The notes below the pieces were generated by a model, which ran no database searches, had not been told where the DNA came from, and was given only the letters and a program-made list of their open reading frames with translations. From a virus (lineage: Duplodnaviria; Heunggongvirae; Uroviricota; Caudoviricetes): 64,000 nt of DNA. The DNA is taken from the IMG/VR virus record IMGVR_UViG_2925891887_000001; one strand, written 5' to 3'. This document shows, one piece after another, positions 62,343-64,000 of the stretch (within the stretch, counting starts at the first letter, position 1; the number at the start of each line of letters is the position of its first letter). Made by a program: the position numbers and the translations under genes.

Positions 62343-62362
62343 AATAGGTAGGTATATACTTA
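62343..62362. repeat. GTAAGTA-type palindrome (AATAGGTAGGTATATACTTA)
   Basis: Lies between J and the tail fibre gene. Confidence 0.6.
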
Positions 62363-62406
62363 ATGGCGGGCAAGGATAGCCCGCCAAATCAAGGAGCATA
62401 TTCAAC

Positions 62407-64000
62407 ATGTGGTACAGGGAAGGTACTATCACATTTACACAGGGCAGCAATACTCTGGTTGGGGCAGGGACAGCCTGGAACGTAACAGCTAATGGTGTGT
62501 TGCCGGGGATGATCGTCATTGGCCCCGACAATAAGCTGTATGAGATCAAGCGCGTAACCAGTGATACGAACATTGTTCTCTCAGAACCTTATACCGGCGA
62601 AACTCAGTCTGAAGTTCCGTGCCGAATCATTACGACCTATGAAGGCGACTTAACACAGTTTAGCGCGCGCTTTACTGCGCTAATGTCGCGTATGTCGGCT
62701 GATTCCAAGTCCATACGCAGTTGGTTGACTGCGCTGGATGAGGTGACAATCGAGCGTGAAGACGGTACAGAAGTGACCGTTAAGCCGCTAATGCAGATCG
62801 TCAACGAGCACAACGAAAACGTTGAGTGGTATAAAAATAACACTGACGCGATTGATGCTGCTGGCGACAAAGCTCGTGAGGCGGCGGCCAGTGCTGCCGC
62901 AGCAGCAAAAAGCGCCAATGCCGCTGGAGAAAAAGCCTCTCAAGCGTCTCAAAGTGCATCCGCTGCGGCATCCTCACAAAGTGCCGCAAGTGCGAGTGCA
63001 ACTGCTGCGAAAAAATCTGAAACGAATGCTGCAGCGTCACAAAAATCTGCAGCCACTTCTGCATCCACCGCGACCACGAAGGCGTCAGAAGCTGCCACCT
63101 CAGCCCGGGATGCGGCGGCCTCAAAAGAGGCAGCGAAATCATCAGAAACGAGCGCAGCCTCGAGCGCCAGTAATGCCGCTTCCTCGGCAACGGCGGCAGG
63201 AAATTCCGCGAAGGCGGCAAAAACGTCCGAGACGAACGCCAGGTCTTCTGAAACGGCAGCGGGACAGAGCGCCTCGGCTGCGGCAGGCTCAAAAACAGCG
63301 GCTGCGTCGTCTGCCAGTGCCGCGTCAACAAGTGCCGGGCAGGCCTCAGCCAGTGCCACCGCCGCCGGAAAATCGGCAGAAAGTGCCGCATCGTCTGCTT
63401 CAACTGCCACAACGAAGGCTGGCCAAGCCACTGAACAGGCCAGCGCAGCAGCGAGGTCTGCTTCCGCAGCGAAGACATCCGAAACGAACGCGAAAGCGTC
63501 GGAAACCCGTGCAGAATCCTCAAAAACGGCAGCCGCATCGTCCGCCAGTTCGGCGGCGTCATCGGCATCATCGGCGTCTGCTTCAAAAGATGAGGCGACC
63601 AGACAGGCGTCAGCAGCGAAGGGCAGCGCCACGACGGCATCCACGAAAGCAACAGAGGCGGCAGGCAGTGCGACGGCAGCATCTCAGAGCAAAACTGCTG
63701 CTGAATCCGCTGCGACCCGTGCGGAAGCTGCTGCTGATCGTGCTGAAGAGATTGCCGGTGCAGTTGCGATGGAAGACGCAAGCCTTACAACTAAAGGTGT
63801 TGTGAAACTTAGCAGTGCTGTCGACAGCACCAGTGAATCGCTGGCCGCAACGCCAAAAGCAGTTAAAGCAGCCAATGACAATGCGAATAGCAGGGTGCCA
63901 TCTAACCGAAAAGTTAACGGTAAAGCACTGACTGCGGATATCAAATTAACGCCGAAAGATATTGGTACTTTAAATTCAGTAACGATGTCTTTCTCTGGCG
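62407..64000 (+). CDS. side tail fibre protein, N-terminal part (3' end outside window)
   Basis: ATG 62407 follows AAGGAG. My own translation gives MWYREGTITFTQGSNTLVGAGTAWN..., then a long Ala/Ser/Thr/Lys helical repeat region, then KGVVKLSSAVDSTSESLAATPKAVKAA (conserved tail-fibre motif). The ORF runs to the window end, so it is absent from the ORF track. Confidence 0.85.
   Translation, partial: MWYREGTITFTQGSNTLVGAGTAWNVTANGVLPGMIVIGPDNKLYEIKRVTSDTNIVLSEPYTGETQSEVPCRIITTYEGDLTQFSARFTALMSRMSADSKSIRSWLTALDEVTIEREDGTEVTVKPLMQIVNEHNENVEWYKNNTDAIDAAGDKAREAAASAAAAAKSANAAGEKASQASQSASAAASSQSAASASATAAKKSETNAAASQKSAATSASTATTKASEAATSARDAAASKEAAKSSETSAASSASNAASSATAAGNSAKAAKTSETNARSSETAAGQSASAAAGSKTAAASSASAASTSAGQASASATAAGKSAESAASSASTATTKAGQATEQASAAARSASAAKTSETNAKASETRAESSKTAAASSASSAASSASSASASKDEATRQASAAKGSATTASTKATEAAGSATAASQSKTAAESAATRAEAAADRAEEIAGAVAMEDASLTTKGVVKLSSAVDSTSESLAATPKAVKAANDNANSRVPSNRKVNGKALTADIKLTPKDIGTLNSVTMSFSG

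Noticed and set aside
62801-63805. Three long ORFs (327 aa +, 326 aa -, 231 aa -) in the tail-fibre repeat region
   Set aside because: They are low-complexity Pro/Arg/Gln or Ala/Asp products of alternative frames of GCN-rich repeats. The frame starting at 62407 has an RBS and conserved tail-fibre motifs.

Overview
The window reads as the genome of an enterobacterial siphovirus-type phage, probably a phage-plasmid. All product calls come from reading motifs by eye. No homology search was possible.

Layout:
- 1-19.3 kb: replication, recombination and nucleotide-metabolism module. It holds an SbcC/Rad50-like ATPase, a RuvC-like resolvase, nrdA, nrdB, a MazG-like NTPase, a ThyA-like enzyme, DHFR, a P-loop kinase, a DnaQ-like exonuclease, a Dam-like methyltransferase, RNase HI and a second N6A methyltransferase.
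- 14.9-29.3 kb: a run of one- or two-gene mini-operons. Most (about ten) carry the same promoter/operator cassette, and most end in a stem-loop, usually a clear terminator.
- 29.8-33.7 kb: a visibly AT-rich minus-strand island of unknown genes.
- 34-39 kb: an SF2 helicase, divergent from a tightly coupled ParB-ParB-ABC ATPase-GNAT-wHTH operon.
- 39.2-64 kb: the late module, with TerS, TerL, portal, scaffold, capsid, an Ig-domain protein, connectors, major tail protein, G/GT chaperone, tape measure, lambda-like M-L-K-I-J and the start of a tail fibre.

The gene mix resembles what I recall for pHCM2/SSU5-type phage-plasmids. That placement is inference only.

Main anomalies:
- A 3.4-kb block of host chromosome (mrp/apbC-metG) is embedded in the early region, joined through a 127-bp IS1 end fragment.
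- A complete IS1 with a 9-bp target duplication disrupts tail gene M.
- A 1.5-kb non-coding tract holds a strongly C/A-rich putative transcript.
- Two GGGAAACGG direct-repeat arrays lie 3.4 kb apart.
- A roughly 480-nt highly structured non-coding region lies next to RNase HI.
- Three families of dispersed regulatory repeats are present.

I found no rRNA, tRNA or CRISPR array.
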